Part shown: positions 9,949 through 19,688 of the stretch, piece after piece
Layout of the letters: each line of letters opens with the position of its first letter
Numbering within the stretch: position 1 is the stretch's first letter
DNA from: Candidatus Bathyarchaeia archaeon
Lineage (GTDB): Archaea; Thermoproteota; Bathyarchaeia; Bathyarchaeales; Bathycorpusculaceae
Length of the DNA: 57,684 nt
Direction: 5' to 3'
Assembly (NCBI GenBank): GCA_049512075.1
Contig: JBEKXL010000015.1
Coordinates: forward strand, 1-57,684
The notes under the pieces: generated by a model
Databases searched by the model: none
Told to the model about the DNA's origin: nothing
What the model saw: only the letters and a program-made list of their open reading frames with translations
Program-made: the position numbers and the translations under genes

Positions 9949-10069
9949 CCAAAATCACCTCCTCATTCGTCAATTTCCCCTATAAATCATATACTTTTAA
10001 GTTTTACGCTAAGTAGACGCCCGCGCTACCAGCAGTGCTTCCCATTTTGCGGGAGTGAGATTTTAACTC

Positions 10070-10852
10070 AGGACAAGTGGAGATGTCTCCCGCAGAATTT
10101 CCCTTTTTTCTTCTTCATGAAAATACACTGAATCTTTTTTCTCGCGGAACTTTTCTTCTTGGACACGATTCCACAACCCAAATATCTCTGCGCGAGCTGC
10201 GAAAGAAGGTTCTCGGCACGCACACTACCTTTAATCAGGGACATGCCGTTGGTTCTTGCTGGTTCGAAATGAACATTGTGAACAAACCTGTTGTTTCTGG
10301 ACCGCTTGCATGGTTCTATGTTGCGACGACCGCGCTATTGGCAGCTTTGGCTTTGTTCTTTGTCTATCTGTATTTGCAGACACCAGCGCTCGGAGGTCTT
10401 GTGGGCTTGGTGGTCATCGTCGTCGTGGACATAATAATAGTCTCTATAGCGGTTTCCCTGTACGCGACGCGCTACACTTTGACGCAGAGTGAATTGATTT
10501 TAAGAGCGTCCATCTTCATCGGCGGCACCAAAAAGATTTCCTTAGACACGATAGAATCTGCTGAAAGAACGCTCATTCCTTTCGGCATCAGGCTATTCGG
10601 GGCAAGCGGCTACGGCGGATACTACTATTTTCCTAACATTGGCAGGGCATTCGTGGTCATAACCAACTTCAGGGACGGTGTGCTGATAAAAGCCAAGCAA
10701 GGCATTTATCTTATCACTCCTGGGAACCCCGACGAGTTCATCGAATCCATCAAGAAAGCCCGCGCTAGACTGTAGTTTCTACCGAAATCTCCCTTTTTTG
10801 TTGGATTGCAGGTCGCTGGAATTTGAACGAGGACAAATGGAGATGTCTCCCG
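10070..10852. repeat. 23-bp direct repeat AGGACAARTGGAGATGTCTCCCG flanking one gene
   Basis: Copies at 10070-10092 and 10830-10852 (1 mismatch) with internal dyad GGAGA-TG-TCTCC. Confidence 0.8.
10269..10775 (+). CDS. Membrane protein with bacterial PH-like domain
   Basis: Two TM helices followed by 'RYTLT..ELILRA...IRLFGASGYGGYY...YLITPGNPDEFIESI'; ATG 10269 preferred over 10077. Confidence 0.75.
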   Translation: MNIVNKPVVSGPLAWFYVATTALLAALALFFVYLYLQTPALGGLVGLVVIVVVDIIIVSIAVSLYATRYTLTQSELILRASIFIGGTKKISLDTIESAERTLIPFGIRLFGASGYGGYYYFPNIGRAFVVITNFRDGVLIKAKQGIYLITPGNPDEFIESIKKARARL

Positions 10853-10935
10853 AACTAGGTCTTCAGATGGACGATATCTCCAATAGGTAATTACGGTTTT
10901 GATGGTTTACGAAGGCATATGGAGGAATCGTCTGG

Positions 10936-11313
10936 TCATTTTCGCTCTAGCTTGAAGACCACTGGTCTTAATCCGTCTCCGCAACACCCTACTGCAACTC
11001 CAGGTTCATCATACCACTCGCTAAAGTTGCCATTTGACTTGAGCGTTATAACTGCAAAAAAGATTGCGTCCCAAGCATAAGGGCAAAACCCACTTGGCAT
11101 GCTGTCATCAACATAGAATACCTGTCCTTCTTTGAAGACGGGGCATGGACCACTATACTTTGCCTTGACGGGAGGGTCTTTGAATACCTCTTTGGTGTCA
11201 AACCGTTTGAGCACTGTGACCTTTATACGACCCGCTTCCTTTTCCAAAAAGAATACCTCATACTTTACAGATAGGCTTTGCAGCCTTCTTACAGCTTGTG
11301 GAAGAAACTCCAA
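10936..11313 (-). CDS. TIGR04076-family Cys-rich protein
   Basis: 'GPCPVFKEGQVF...MPSGFCPYAWDAI...CCGDGLRPVVFKLER'; true start uncertain. Confidence 0.8.
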   Translation of the reverse strand: MEFLPQAVRRLQSLSVKYEVFFLEKEAGRIKVTVLKRFDTKEVFKDPPVKAKYSGPCPVFKEGQVFYVDDSMPSGFCPYAWDAIFFAVITLKSNGNFSEWYDEPGVAVGCCGDGLRPVVFKLERK

Positions 11314-11409
11314 TCCAGATATCAGCGCGCGCTATCTTCAAGCGGTTTTTGTCAAGCGCGTGCGCGCTTAAATCCGCACAGCAACAGAAGACAAACTAGG
11401 TGTTCCAAC

Positions 11410-11658
11410 ATGAGTGAAGTCAAGAAGTGTCCCGAATGTGGTGGAGAAATGGAAAAAGGATAAGTGAATACAGCTCGCGGACTATTCTGGGATACGAAAG
11501 CACATAAGGGGATTTTTGGAACCGCTGGTGGGGCTGTGATTATTCCACTTAACTGGACGGTTCAGAATCTTCAAGCTTACCGCTGCGTGAAATGCTGGCT
11601 GATATTGTTCAAATATGGCAAAAAAACCGAGCTACCCCAAACGATGCCTTATGAATAA
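11410..11658 (+). pseudogene. Small zinc-ribbon protein with an in-frame TAA
   Basis: MSEVKKCPECGGEMEKG*VNTARGLFW...AYRCVKC: the two CxxC halves are in the same frame, separated by TAA at 11461-11463. Confidence 0.75.
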
Positions 11659-11725
11659 TTGACCATCCTTGGAAACACAGAAATCTTTAATCTGCACAGC
11701 AACAGAACATAAACTAGGGATTACA

Positions 11726-11941
11726 TTGAGAGTTGACGATTACCGATATTATGGGCAAATTTGCTTGGGCTTTGGGATAATCTTGTTAGTTGTCGGAGTT
11801 GTCTTGCCAATTTTTATAATAACATGGTTTACAGATTATGGAATAGTCATGGCTGTTGTCGGAGCCATTCTGATTGTAGTCAGTCAAATACTCTACAGAG
11901 AATACCGACTCAGAAGCACACAGCAACAGAAGCCAAACTAG
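11726..11941 (+). CDS. Small two-TM membrane protein
   Basis: TTG start 7 nt after repeat copy 2; two hydrophobic helices. Confidence 0.6.
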   Translation: MRVDDYRYYGQICLGFGIILLVVGVVLPIFIITWFTDYGIVMAVVGAILIVVSQILYREYRLRSTQQQKPN

Positions 11942-11951
11942 GGATGAAAAA

Positions 11952-12533
11952 ATGAATGAAACAATACCAAAGAAAATGGTTAGTAACAAGATTGTTATCG
12001 CATTGGGAACAGCCTGCATCATTCTGGGAGCATTTCTTGTTGCCATCTATTTTACCTCTACAATAAACGACACCATCAATCAGAAGGATAGCCTGATAAG
12101 AGACTTGAACGACACACTCAACCTTCTGAAATACACAGTCTGGGTCAATAACGAGACTGTCAGTCAAACAGCAGGCAACTACACCTCTTGGACGTTCTTA
12201 GATGGCGTACCAGCAGCAGGTTACTTCGAAGTACTTACAACATCAACAACCAACAACACGTATATTGAGGTAATCTACAATGCCACTGTACAGATTGGAT
12301 TCGAAGAAGACCACACATACCATTATATAGGTACTCCAGAGGCTTTTGCATGGTACCCCTACGACTATGACCATCGAATCAACGTACCATCATTTGAAAC
12401 AGTCAGTGTTTTTCCCGTTCTGCTCGCTATGGGTCAACTTCATTCTGGAACATCTTTTGTAGAAATCAGAGTGGGAAACACAAACACCATTGATAACGCA
12501 ACTGAAACTGTGTTGGTAACATACTACTACTAG
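11952..12533 (+). CDS. Membrane-anchored extracellular hypothetical protein
   Basis: N-terminal TM, short coiled coil, Thr/Asn-rich beta domain with several N-x-S/T sequons; T-tract after the stop. Confidence 0.7.
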   Translation: MNETIPKKMVSNKIVIALGTACIILGAFLVAIYFTSTINDTINQKDSLIRDLNDTLNLLKYTVWVNNETVSQTAGNYTSWTFLDGVPAAGYFEVLTTSTTNNTYIEVIYNATVQIGFEEDHTYHYIGTPEAFAWYPYDYDHRINVPSFETVSVFPVLLAMGQLHSGTSFVEIRVGNTNTIDNATETVLVTYYY

Positions 12534-12639
12534 ACCCACTCTCTTTTTCTAGTTTAAGCCATGCCTACAGAAGGCTCTAGTCAAACCTTAAATCTAAAAA
12601 TAGATATCGAGAAAACTGTCCGATATCAATTTGGAGTGA

Positions 12640-12858
12640 TTGAAGATGACTTCTCAAAATGCTAAACAGTTATCACGAATAGCAATTTTGGGCTTAGTCC
12701 TCATCGTCATAGGCTTGCTCCTTGCAGTATTCTATGCTTTCAGACTAAATGACGAGATAGACATCTTACGTGAGAGAGATTTGGGTTTCATTATTGTCGG
12801 TGTGTCAATTCAACTGCTTGGCTTTGGTCTAATAGCTATCGGGAAAAAGTCAAGCTGA
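12640..12858 (+). CDS. Small two-TM membrane protein
   Basis: GGAGTG RBS, two hydrophobic helices. Confidence 0.6.
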   Translation: MKMTSQNAKQLSRIAILGLVLIVIGLLLAVFYAFRLNDEIDILRERDLGFIIVGVSIQLLGFGLIAIGKKSS

Positions 12859-12921
12859 AAGAGGAATCTCGGAGAAATCTTTAATCTACACAGAAACAGA
12901 AGACACACTGGCGATTTAAAA

Positions 12922-13440
12922 ATGACTACAAACAGAATCCATATCTTCAGAGAAATTGTCATTGTGCTAGTCTTGAGTCTAGTCTTTGTTTCGTCTATCA
13001 GTATCAAAACCGTTAATGCTCAAGCTGGACAAGTAACACTGAAACCCTCAGACGATACGTATGTTGATTCTAGCAACCCAAATTCAAACTATGGTGGGCA
13101 GACCGACCTTGAGGTTGAATATTGGGTCTTTGGTTCTTCACCTTACCAAGACATAGTATGGTTGAAATTCGACTTATCCACTATTCCAAACGGAGCGGTA
13201 ATTGACGGAGCTACACTTTCGCTGTATACATTTATCGTTGGTGAAACATTCAATGTTTATGCTTGTTACTGCTCTGACAACCCTTGGACGGAATTAGGGA
13301 TAACATGGGTCAATTATCCAAGAATAGGTTTCATATCAGTAGACTCGGTGTCAGTTGCAACCCCTGACAAATGGTACAATTGGAACGTATCTGGTGCTAT
13401 TAAATATACTCAAGACAACGCGCGCGCAAATCCAAAGTGA
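12922..13440 (+). pseudogene. Secreted DNRLRE/CBM96-like domain protein, apparently truncated at GCGCGCGC
   Basis: Signal peptide, 'DDTYVDSSNPNSNYG', 'LKFDLSTIP.GAVI.GATLSLY', 'WTELGITW', 'WYNWNVS'; the domain's last strands are missing and the ORF ends 'NARANPK*' across the octamer at 13420. Confidence 0.65.
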
Positions 13441-13518
13441 ATAGACTTCTATGCGGATAAAGAGCGGGTTCAGACACAAAGAAAACAAATCCGAACAGAA
13501 TAAACTTCTATGCGGATA
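13439..13518. repeat. 21-bp direct repeat GAATARACTTCTATGCGGATA x2
   Basis: 13439-13459 and 13498-13518, 1 mismatch, 38 bp apart. Confidence 0.75.
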
Positions 13519-13749
13519 CCAACCGGTCCACATATCTCTAGAAATAGAGTTCAAATCAGGGCTTTTGTTTGTGAACCTGTTTTATGTACCTGTTCGTGCT
13601 TTATCTTCTAGATACAGCCCGCCGCGCGCGCCGCCGGTATTGATCTGGAAGTTTTCCCAACGTAGCACCATTTGATCTCAAAATCAACATTATGCTTCAC
13701 GTATCTGAATTGACAGAGTGGGCCTAGCAGACGGAAGCATTATTAGAAT

Positions 13750-14328
13750 TTGGAGGTAGTGTCTCTTAGGGAAATGGTTCAGATGTCTGTGAAACCTTTT
13801 CTGTGTCAGAATTGTGGGGCTACAGTTTCATCGCAGGCGGGTGTGTGCAAATGCTGTGGTTTGAAATACGTTATCGAAGCTGGAAAGATAATTATGAACC
13901 AACTTGATATGAAGAAAATTGAGCGTAGTGAGAAATTGATGAGAAACAATTTCCCCGAAAAGGTTCTTGGAACATTAGTACCATATCCTGAGGAAAGAAT
14001 CATTTTCGAACAGGACTGGAAAAATCTAAAGAATCATTTTCTGGTTACAAATGAGAAAATGATTTTCTACAAGGAAGACATGACGGACCATTGGGTGTTA
14101 CCTTTTGATGACTTTGGTGGGGCGTCTATGGGTCAAGAAAGAAATTTCCTGACTAGATTGGGTGATGTTTCCTTCTTTGTAACCCTGCAACTCCGCAATC
14201 TTAAAGACAATGTCTGGCTGAGGCTGCCTGGAATTTTTCCTCCCGGCACAGACTATTCAACACTAAAAACTGCAATCGATAATGCTTACAACCTGTGGCT
14301 CACGAAAAAACAGAACAAACAATCATAG
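13750..14328 (+). CDS. Zinc-ribbon plus PH-like domain hypothetical protein
   Basis: CQNCG...CKCCG followed by 'EERII...FLVTNEKMIFY'; real start probably ATG 13774 or 13783. Confidence 0.65.
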   Translation: MEVVSLREMVQMSVKPFLCQNCGATVSSQAGVCKCCGLKYVIEAGKIIMNQLDMKKIERSEKLMRNNFPEKVLGTLVPYPEERIIFEQDWKNLKNHFLVTNEKMIFYKEDMTDHWVLPFDDFGGASMGQERNFLTRLGDVSFFVTLQLRNLKDNVWLRLPGIFPPGTDYSTLKTAIDNAYNLWLTKKQNKQS

Positions 14329-14339
14329 GGGGAAGGTTC

Positions 14340-15737
14340 ATGAAGATAAAGTTCTTGGGTGCAGCGCGTCAAGTGACTGGATCAAGCTATTTCCTGGATG
14401 CCGGTGGAGTGAAGATTCTTGTCGATTGTGGGCTGTTTCAGGAAAGGGACTATTCCTACAGAAACTGGGAGGCCTTCCCCATTCCTCCAGGCCAGATTAA
14501 TCATGTCCTCCTCACACACGTTCACCTGGACCACTGTGGGCTCATTCCCAAACTTGTCAAAGAGGGATTCACCGGAGACATCCTGCTCACGCCTGCATCC
14601 AAAGCACTTTTTCCAATAATCATCTTGGATTCTGCTCGAATGCAGGAAGAAGATGCCGCCTTCAAGAAAAAGCGCCATGATACCGAAGGCCGAAAGGGAC
14701 CCTACCAGGAAATCCCCCTTTACACAGTCCAGGATGCTGAAAAGTGTTTTCCACTCCTGAAGGAGATTCCCTACGAAGAATATCTGCCGCTTAATGATCA
14801 AGTTAAGGTGTGTTTCCACGATGCCGGCCACATCCTGGGCTCAGCCATGGTTGAGTTAATCGTACAAGATGACAACGGCTCGCGGAACATCGTCTTCTCA
14901 GGCGACATCGGCCAATGGGACAAGCCCCTTCTCGCCAATCCCGCCACTTTTGACCGAGCGGATTACGTGGTCATGGAATCCACGTACGGAGATCGCAACC
15001 ACGACAGCCCTCAAGATATCGATGACAAACTCTCCAAGGTCGTAAATGACACGGTGAACGCGGGCGGGAACGTCCTCATCCCCACCTTTGTAATTGAGCG
15101 CGCGCAAGACCTGCTGTATCACCTCGGTCGCTTGGCCAATGCGAAAAGGATCCCCTATGTTGTGACCTTTCTCGACAGCCCTATGGCCGTCGAAATCACG
15201 AAGGTCTTTGAACAATTCAAAGAGTATCTTGAAAAACAGACACCGGAACTCTTCAAGAATGGTCAATCACCTTTTGACTTTCCAGGGTTGAAGCTCACCG
15301 AATCCATTGAAGCGTCCAAGGCAATCAACCTCATCAGAGGGTCAACCATCATCATGGCCGGCTCGGGGATGATTACAGGAGGAAGAATCAAGCATCACCT
15401 AGCCCGAGAGATAACTCGTCCAGAATCCACTCTTCTTTTTGTGGGGTACCAAGCAGCTGGTACGTTGGGAAGGCAAATCTTGGACGGCGTTTCCCCCGTT
15501 AGAATCCTGGGACAGTCCTATCCTGTGCGGATGAATATCGAGAAACTCGATGGCTTCTCCGCACACGCCGGCATGAACGACCTGCAACGCTGGCTCAACA
15601 ACTTCAAATCTCCACCGAAGCATGTTTTCCTGACCCACGGCGAAGAAGAAGCGATATCGAGCCTAGAGAACTATCTCCATTCCAAGGGCGGATGGCAAGT
15701 AAGTGCACCAACATACATGGAAGAATACACCCTCTGA
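14340..15737 (+). CDS. MBL-fold beta-CASP ribonuclease
   Basis: GAARQVTGS, THVHLDHCG, AGHILGS, MESTYG, GYQAAGTLGR and FSAHA motifs. Confidence 0.92.
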   Translation: MKIKFLGAARQVTGSSYFLDAGGVKILVDCGLFQERDYSYRNWEAFPIPPGQINHVLLTHVHLDHCGLIPKLVKEGFTGDILLTPASKALFPIIILDSARMQEEDAAFKKKRHDTEGRKGPYQEIPLYTVQDAEKCFPLLKEIPYEEYLPLNDQVKVCFHDAGHILGSAMVELIVQDDNGSRNIVFSGDIGQWDKPLLANPATFDRADYVVMESTYGDRNHDSPQDIDDKLSKVVNDTVNAGGNVLIPTFVIERAQDLLYHLGRLANAKRIPYVVTFLDSPMAVEITKVFEQFKEYLEKQTPELFKNGQSPFDFPGLKLTESIEASKAINLIRGSTIIMAGSGMITGGRIKHHLAREITRPESTLLFVGYQAAGTLGRQILDGVSPVRILGQSYPVRMNIEKLDGFSAHAGMNDLQRWLNNFKSPPKHVFLTHGEEEAISSLENYLHSKGGWQVSAPTYMEEYTL

Positions 15738-15930
15738 CTCCTCCAAGAGACCGTGGTTCCGCGGTCACTTTTCTCACACGCGCTAAAATCGTATTCTTCT
15801 CTCTGTCTAGACTTGTGAAATTGGAATTTCTGTTTTCCTTCTTTTCCAGACTCGGTCTACAGCAAGGCTAACATAAGCTTTAATAAATTAAAGCTCGTAG
15901 CGTAAGAGCAATCTGTAGGGGCGAGATTGA

Positions 15931-16365
15931 ATGCCGCAAGAGAGCAAGTTGGCACAGTTGATCACGCAACAAATCAATGTTGAAAATGAGTACGTAAAGT
16001 GCCTTTCTGATTTGAGAGAGAAGGTCGGTATTGCTGCTGCGAGACTTCTCCTGCTGGAGATGCGCCTTGACTCTGAAAAGCGCGCTGCTATTCTGACTGA
16101 GATGCTTGAAATCCTCAGAGGTGTTCCCGCAGGCACATCATTGTGGGATCACACACTCGAAGAGTACGTGGACGAAGTCTTAGTGAGAAAGGAGTTTGAA
16201 GAGCAGGTCAAAAAGGAAACCGACACACTAGCCAGCTTGAAAAAAGAGATGACGCACACGAAGGACGAGGGTCTTAAACTGCTGTGGCAGAACATAGAAG
16301 AAGACGAGAAGAAACACGACAGAATAATACAAACAATAGCCAGGAATCTTTACAAAATAAATTAG
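15931..16365 (+). CDS. Ferritin/rubrerythrin-like four-helix protein
   Basis: 'VENE...DSEKRA...KETD...IEEDEKKH' diiron-like spacing, partly degenerate. Confidence 0.7.
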   Translation: MPQESKLAQLITQQINVENEYVKCLSDLREKVGIAAARLLLLEMRLDSEKRAAILTEMLEILRGVPAGTSLWDHTLEEYVDEVLVRKEFEEQVKKETDTLASLKKEMTHTKDEGLKLLWQNIEEDEKKHDRIIQTIARNLYKIN

Positions 16366-16807
16366 CAGCGCAATGTTGACAAAGTAAAACTCTACTACGA
16401 AACGCCGCGCCTCAGTATTCTTCCTTCTTCCAAATGTTGTACGGACACTGTCTCCAACAGTACGTGCCCGCCTTGTAAATACAATTCTGACACTCGAGTC
16501 TGTCGAACCGTCTACGTCTACTCACAAACAGACTCTCCTAACACTCTTATGAACAGCCTCCCTCATTAAGCCTTGGATTGCGTTCTAATTCCGCAATGTT
16601 AAGCGGAAATCCACAACTTTGGCGCGCTAACGAGCCCATGACAAGCGGCATTCGTGCTGGCTAGGCCCAATCACTCTTCATTCGCAATCCGTGGCTCCGT
16701 TGAGCAAAGTCGCTGTTGATGTGCTGGACAATAGACGAATCATCCATACGAATCATGAACGCGCCTTATAAGCGCGGCTTGGGTTGCGTTCTATTTGGTG
16801 ATAAAAC

Positions 16808-17347
16808 ATGACAAAAAGTGTGAAATTGGCTGCAGCTGTTACAGTGCTGTTCTTGGCATTTGGAGCCGTTGTCTTGGCGTACGCAAACTCTCAAAATGCG
16901 TCGATGTCCAGCAACGGACAGAATCCGCCGACTTACACGGCCAACAGTGCACCGCAAGGTCAATCGCAGAACATGCAATCGATAATGGGCAAAGATCATG
17001 CGTGGACCAAGAAGTTTCTGGAGAACGCGACTATCACAACGGTCAATGGCACTGTCATTTCCATGTTCAAGGGCATGCTGATACTGGAAACAGGCTCAAA
17101 CGAGGTCAGAATTCTAATGCCCAAATACTGGAGCGTAGGCACCGAAGTCGTCGGCAGATGGAAGCTGTTCAACAGTACATACTCCTTCTCAGCCTCAGGA
17201 CAGAACGTCAATGTCAAAGCCTTAGAAAGCGAAATATTCGAGAACCCGAGCTTCAACATTAACGTAATGGTCGGCTACGAAATCACGAACGCAACAGGCA
17301 CAGCCGCATACGCAGTGCTCCCCTTCGACATAGTACCAAGCAGCTAA
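16808..17347 (+). CDS. Secreted hypothetical protein
   Basis: Signal peptide, low-complexity linker, beta-rich domain; GGTGA RBS, TATA at ~16766, T-tract terminator at ~17363. Confidence 0.75.
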   Translation: MTKSVKLAAAVTVLFLAFGAVVLAYANSQNASMSSNGQNPPTYTANSAPQGQSQNMQSIMGKDHAWTKKFLENATITTVNGTVISMFKGMLILETGSNEVRILMPKYWSVGTEVVGRWKLFNSTYSFSASGQNVNVKALESEIFENPSFNINVMVGYEITNATGTAAYAVLPFDIVPSS

Positions 17348-17589
17348 ACTTCCTCCATCCTCTTTTTTTCTTGAATTGATGCCCTGTTCGTTGTGGAAGG
17401 CGAAAACTAGCTACTCTTCTTTCTTTTCGAACCCGAGCTAATTGCCACGGGTGCCCAGGCACTAGTGGTTTTTTTCATTAAGGTTTAGGCCTATTTTTAT
17501 GTGCAGATACATGATTTTGCACCGTGGGCGCCGTCAGCCCATTCTTGGTTTTCATATTTGAGTCAATATCTCGGGTGCGCCATTTTGAA

Positions 17590-18282
17590 CTAGTAGTATC
17601 TCTTCAGTGGGTTTCGCTGATCTGTTGCCAATTTCACCTGTCGAGGAACTAATATGCCTTGCCAATCCGCTCTGGCGATGCTCTTTCTATGGCTGCCAAC
17701 ATTGACGCTGTGGACGTGAAGTGCGTAAGACATTGCGCGGTCTTGCGGATTCTCGATCTGAAGCATCTGTCCTAGGCTCAGGTGCTCAAAGACTCGACGG
17801 ATTGGACGTAAAGAGTTGCCGTGGCACGATATGGCCACGTTGCCCGGGTTTTGTCTGAGCCACTCTTCAAGCTGCACCAGGAAGGGCAAAGTCCTGTTTT
17901 CGACCATCTTCAGACTCTCTCCATCGGGAGGTGGAAAATCGTAGCCCCTGTGAATCTTTGCAAACCATTCGGGCCTTTCCTCTGCAACCTTTCTCTTGCT
18001 CTTGCCCTGAAGCAAGCCATAGCAGCGCTCGATGAGCCGGTCGTCCGTGAAAACAGAAATGGCAGGCTGTGTCTCAAGGATTATTTCAAGAGTTTTCCGA
18101 GCTCTTTTGAGGTGGGACGTGAACGCGTAGTCAATCTTCTCTCGCCTCAGCTGCTCTGAAATCTCGTGTGCTTGCGAAAGCCCTTTCGAAGTGAGTTTCG
18201 GGTCTCGCCACCCCGAGAATATTCCACGACTGTTATCAGTCGTCTCAGCATGCCTGAAGACAAACAACTTGCAAATCATCAA
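17590..18282 (-). CDS. Histidine phosphatase / cofactor-dependent phosphoglycerate mutase family protein
   Basis: RHAET...FSGWRD..LT..G, FTSHLKRA, LIERCYGLLQG, PPDGESL, SCHGNSLR. Confidence 0.88.
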   Translation of the reverse strand: MMICKLFVFRHAETTDNSRGIFSGWRDPKLTSKGLSQAHEISEQLRREKIDYAFTSHLKRARKTLEIILETQPAISVFTDDRLIERCYGLLQGKSKRKVAEERPEWFAKIHRGYDFPPPDGESLKMVENRTLPFLVQLEEWLRQNPGNVAISCHGNSLRPIRRVFEHLSLGQMLQIENPQDRAMSYALHVHSVNVGSHRKSIARADWQGILVPRQVKLATDQRNPLKRYY

Positions 18283-18518
18283 CGCATCCTCCTCTACGAG
18301 TTAGTTAGCGCCCGCAGAAGCGCCTGTTGAACCGAACCGAGAGCATGAACAATTGGAGAAGACACAGTCGCACGTGTGATCGACACGCGCCGAGCAAGGT
18401 CCTTTACGTGGTTCGCGTGTCTACCTCCCCCCCCACTTCTTCTTGATGGACATTGCGAGGATTTCCCGTATTTCCAATCTTTTTTGAATGAAAGTACTTA
18501 AACGCGTACTGGCCAGTG

Positions 18519-19688
18519 CTACGTCAATCCAGCGTCTTTTTTGAGGATCTCTGCTTTGTCGGTTCTTTCCCACGTGAAGTCCGGATCATCTCTTCCAAAG
18601 TGCCCAAACACGGCGGTTTTTCTGTATATTGGTCTGAGCAAGTTCAGGTGATCTATGATCGCCTTTGGTCTCATGTCAAAGTGTTTTTTAACCAATTCTA
18701 GGATTTTTTCGTCGGGTATTTTTCCAGTTCCGAACGTGTTGACCATTACGGAAATTGGCTGCGCTACGCCTATTGCGTATGATATTTGAATTTCGCATTG
18801 GTCTGCCAGACCCGCCGCGACAACGTTTTTTGCGATGTACCTTGCCATGTAGCAGCCTGATCTGTCCACCTTTGAGGGGTCTTTTCCGGAGAAACATCCT
18901 CCGCCGTGGCTTCCGACGCCTCCGTATGTGTCGACGATGATTTTTCTTCCCGTCAGGCCTGAGTCTGCCAGGGTTCCTCCGACAACGAACCTTCCTGTTT
19001 CATTAATGTAATATTTCGTTTCTTTGTCCAGCATGGTCGAAGGTATGACCTTTCTTATGACTTGGTTTATTATGTCTTTTCTCATCTTTTCTCTGTCAAC
19101 TTTCGGAATGTGTTGAGCAGCTATTACGACGGCTGTCACTCTTCTTGGTTTTCCGTTGACGTATTCAACTGTGACCTGCGACTTGCCATCAGGTCTCAGA
19201 TAGGGTAGAATCTTTTTCTTCCGGCATTCGGAGAGCCTTCTCATGAGATTGTGTGCTAGCATTATGGGCAGCGGCATCAGCTCTTTTGTCTCGTTTGTCG
19301 CGTAGCCGAACACCATTCCTTGATCTCCAGCTCCCTGTTCATGAGTTTCCGTCTCGATGACTCCTCTTGCAATGTCTGGGGACTGCTCCGTTATCGAAAC
19401 CAAGACGCCGCAAGTTTCCCAGTCCATGCCGTCTTTGGCGTCATCCAACCCTATTTCCTTCAGCGTCTCTCTAGCGATGCTGGGAATGTCCACGTAGCAG
19501 GAGGTCGTGATTTGACCGGTGACTACGACGTTTCCCTGCATCACCAATGTTTCGCAGTCAACTCTTGCTTTAGGATCTCTACAAAAGACAGCATCGAGCA
19601 CAGCATCTGAAATTTGGTCCGCGACTTTGTCCGGGTGACCCTCCGCCACGGATTCCGAAGTGAACAGGTATTTTCCTTCTTTTACCAT
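18519..19688 (-). CDS. metK: S-adenosylmethionine synthetase (bacterial/eukaryotic type)
   Basis: [60 protein letters not shown]. Confidence 0.95.
   Translation of the reverse strand: MVKEGKYLFTSESVAEGHPDKVADQISDAVLDAVFCRDPKARVDCETLVMQGNVVVTGQITTSCYVDIPSIARETLKEIGLDDAKDGMDWETCGVLVSITEQSPDIARGVIETETHEQGAGDQGMVFGYATNETKELMPLPIMLAHNLMRRLSECRKKKILPYLRPDGKSQVTVEYVNGKPRRVTAVVIAAQHIPKVDREKMRKDIINQVIRKVIPSTMLDKETKYYINETGRFVVGGTLADSGLTGRKIIVDTYGGVGSHGGGCFSGKDPSKVDRSGCYMARYIAKNVVAAGLADQCEIQISYAIGVAQPISVMVNTFGTGKIPDEKILELVKKHFDMRPKAIIDHLNLLRPIYRKTAVFGHFGRDDPDFTWERTDKAEILKKDAGLT

Larger units (their letters stand above)
11368..12912 (+). promoter_or_regulatory. Four copies of a ~33-bp TATA+leader repeat, each ahead of a different gene
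   Basis: TTAAATCCGCACAGCAACAGAAGACAAACTAGG (11368-11400), TTTAATCTGCACAGCAACAGAACATAAACTAGG (11686-11718), CACAGCAACAGAAGCCAAACTAGG (11919-11942), TTTAATCTACACAGAAACAGAAGACACACTGGC (12880-12912). Confidence 0.85.

Noticed and set aside
11461-11463. Stop-codon readthrough or recoding in the zinc-ribbon gene
   Set aside because: The codon is TAA rather than TAG/TGA, probably from a Tyr codon; no Pyl/Sec machinery is visible and neighbouring genes are also decayed.
11368-12912. Classical integron attC sites
   Set aside because: No RYYYAAC...GTTRRRY ends or long imperfect hairpin recognised, and no IntI-like tyrosine recombinase in the window.
13439-13518. Possible CRISPR array
   Set aside because: Only two 21-bp repeats, no third copy, no cas genes in the window; kept only as a low-interest repeat.
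15098-15105. GCGCGCGC inside the beta-CASP gene (also CGCGCGCG at 54509 in xpb)
   Set aside because: Encodes the conserved (E/G)RAQ motif in an intact gene; explained by coding and consistent with the roughly one copy expected by chance.
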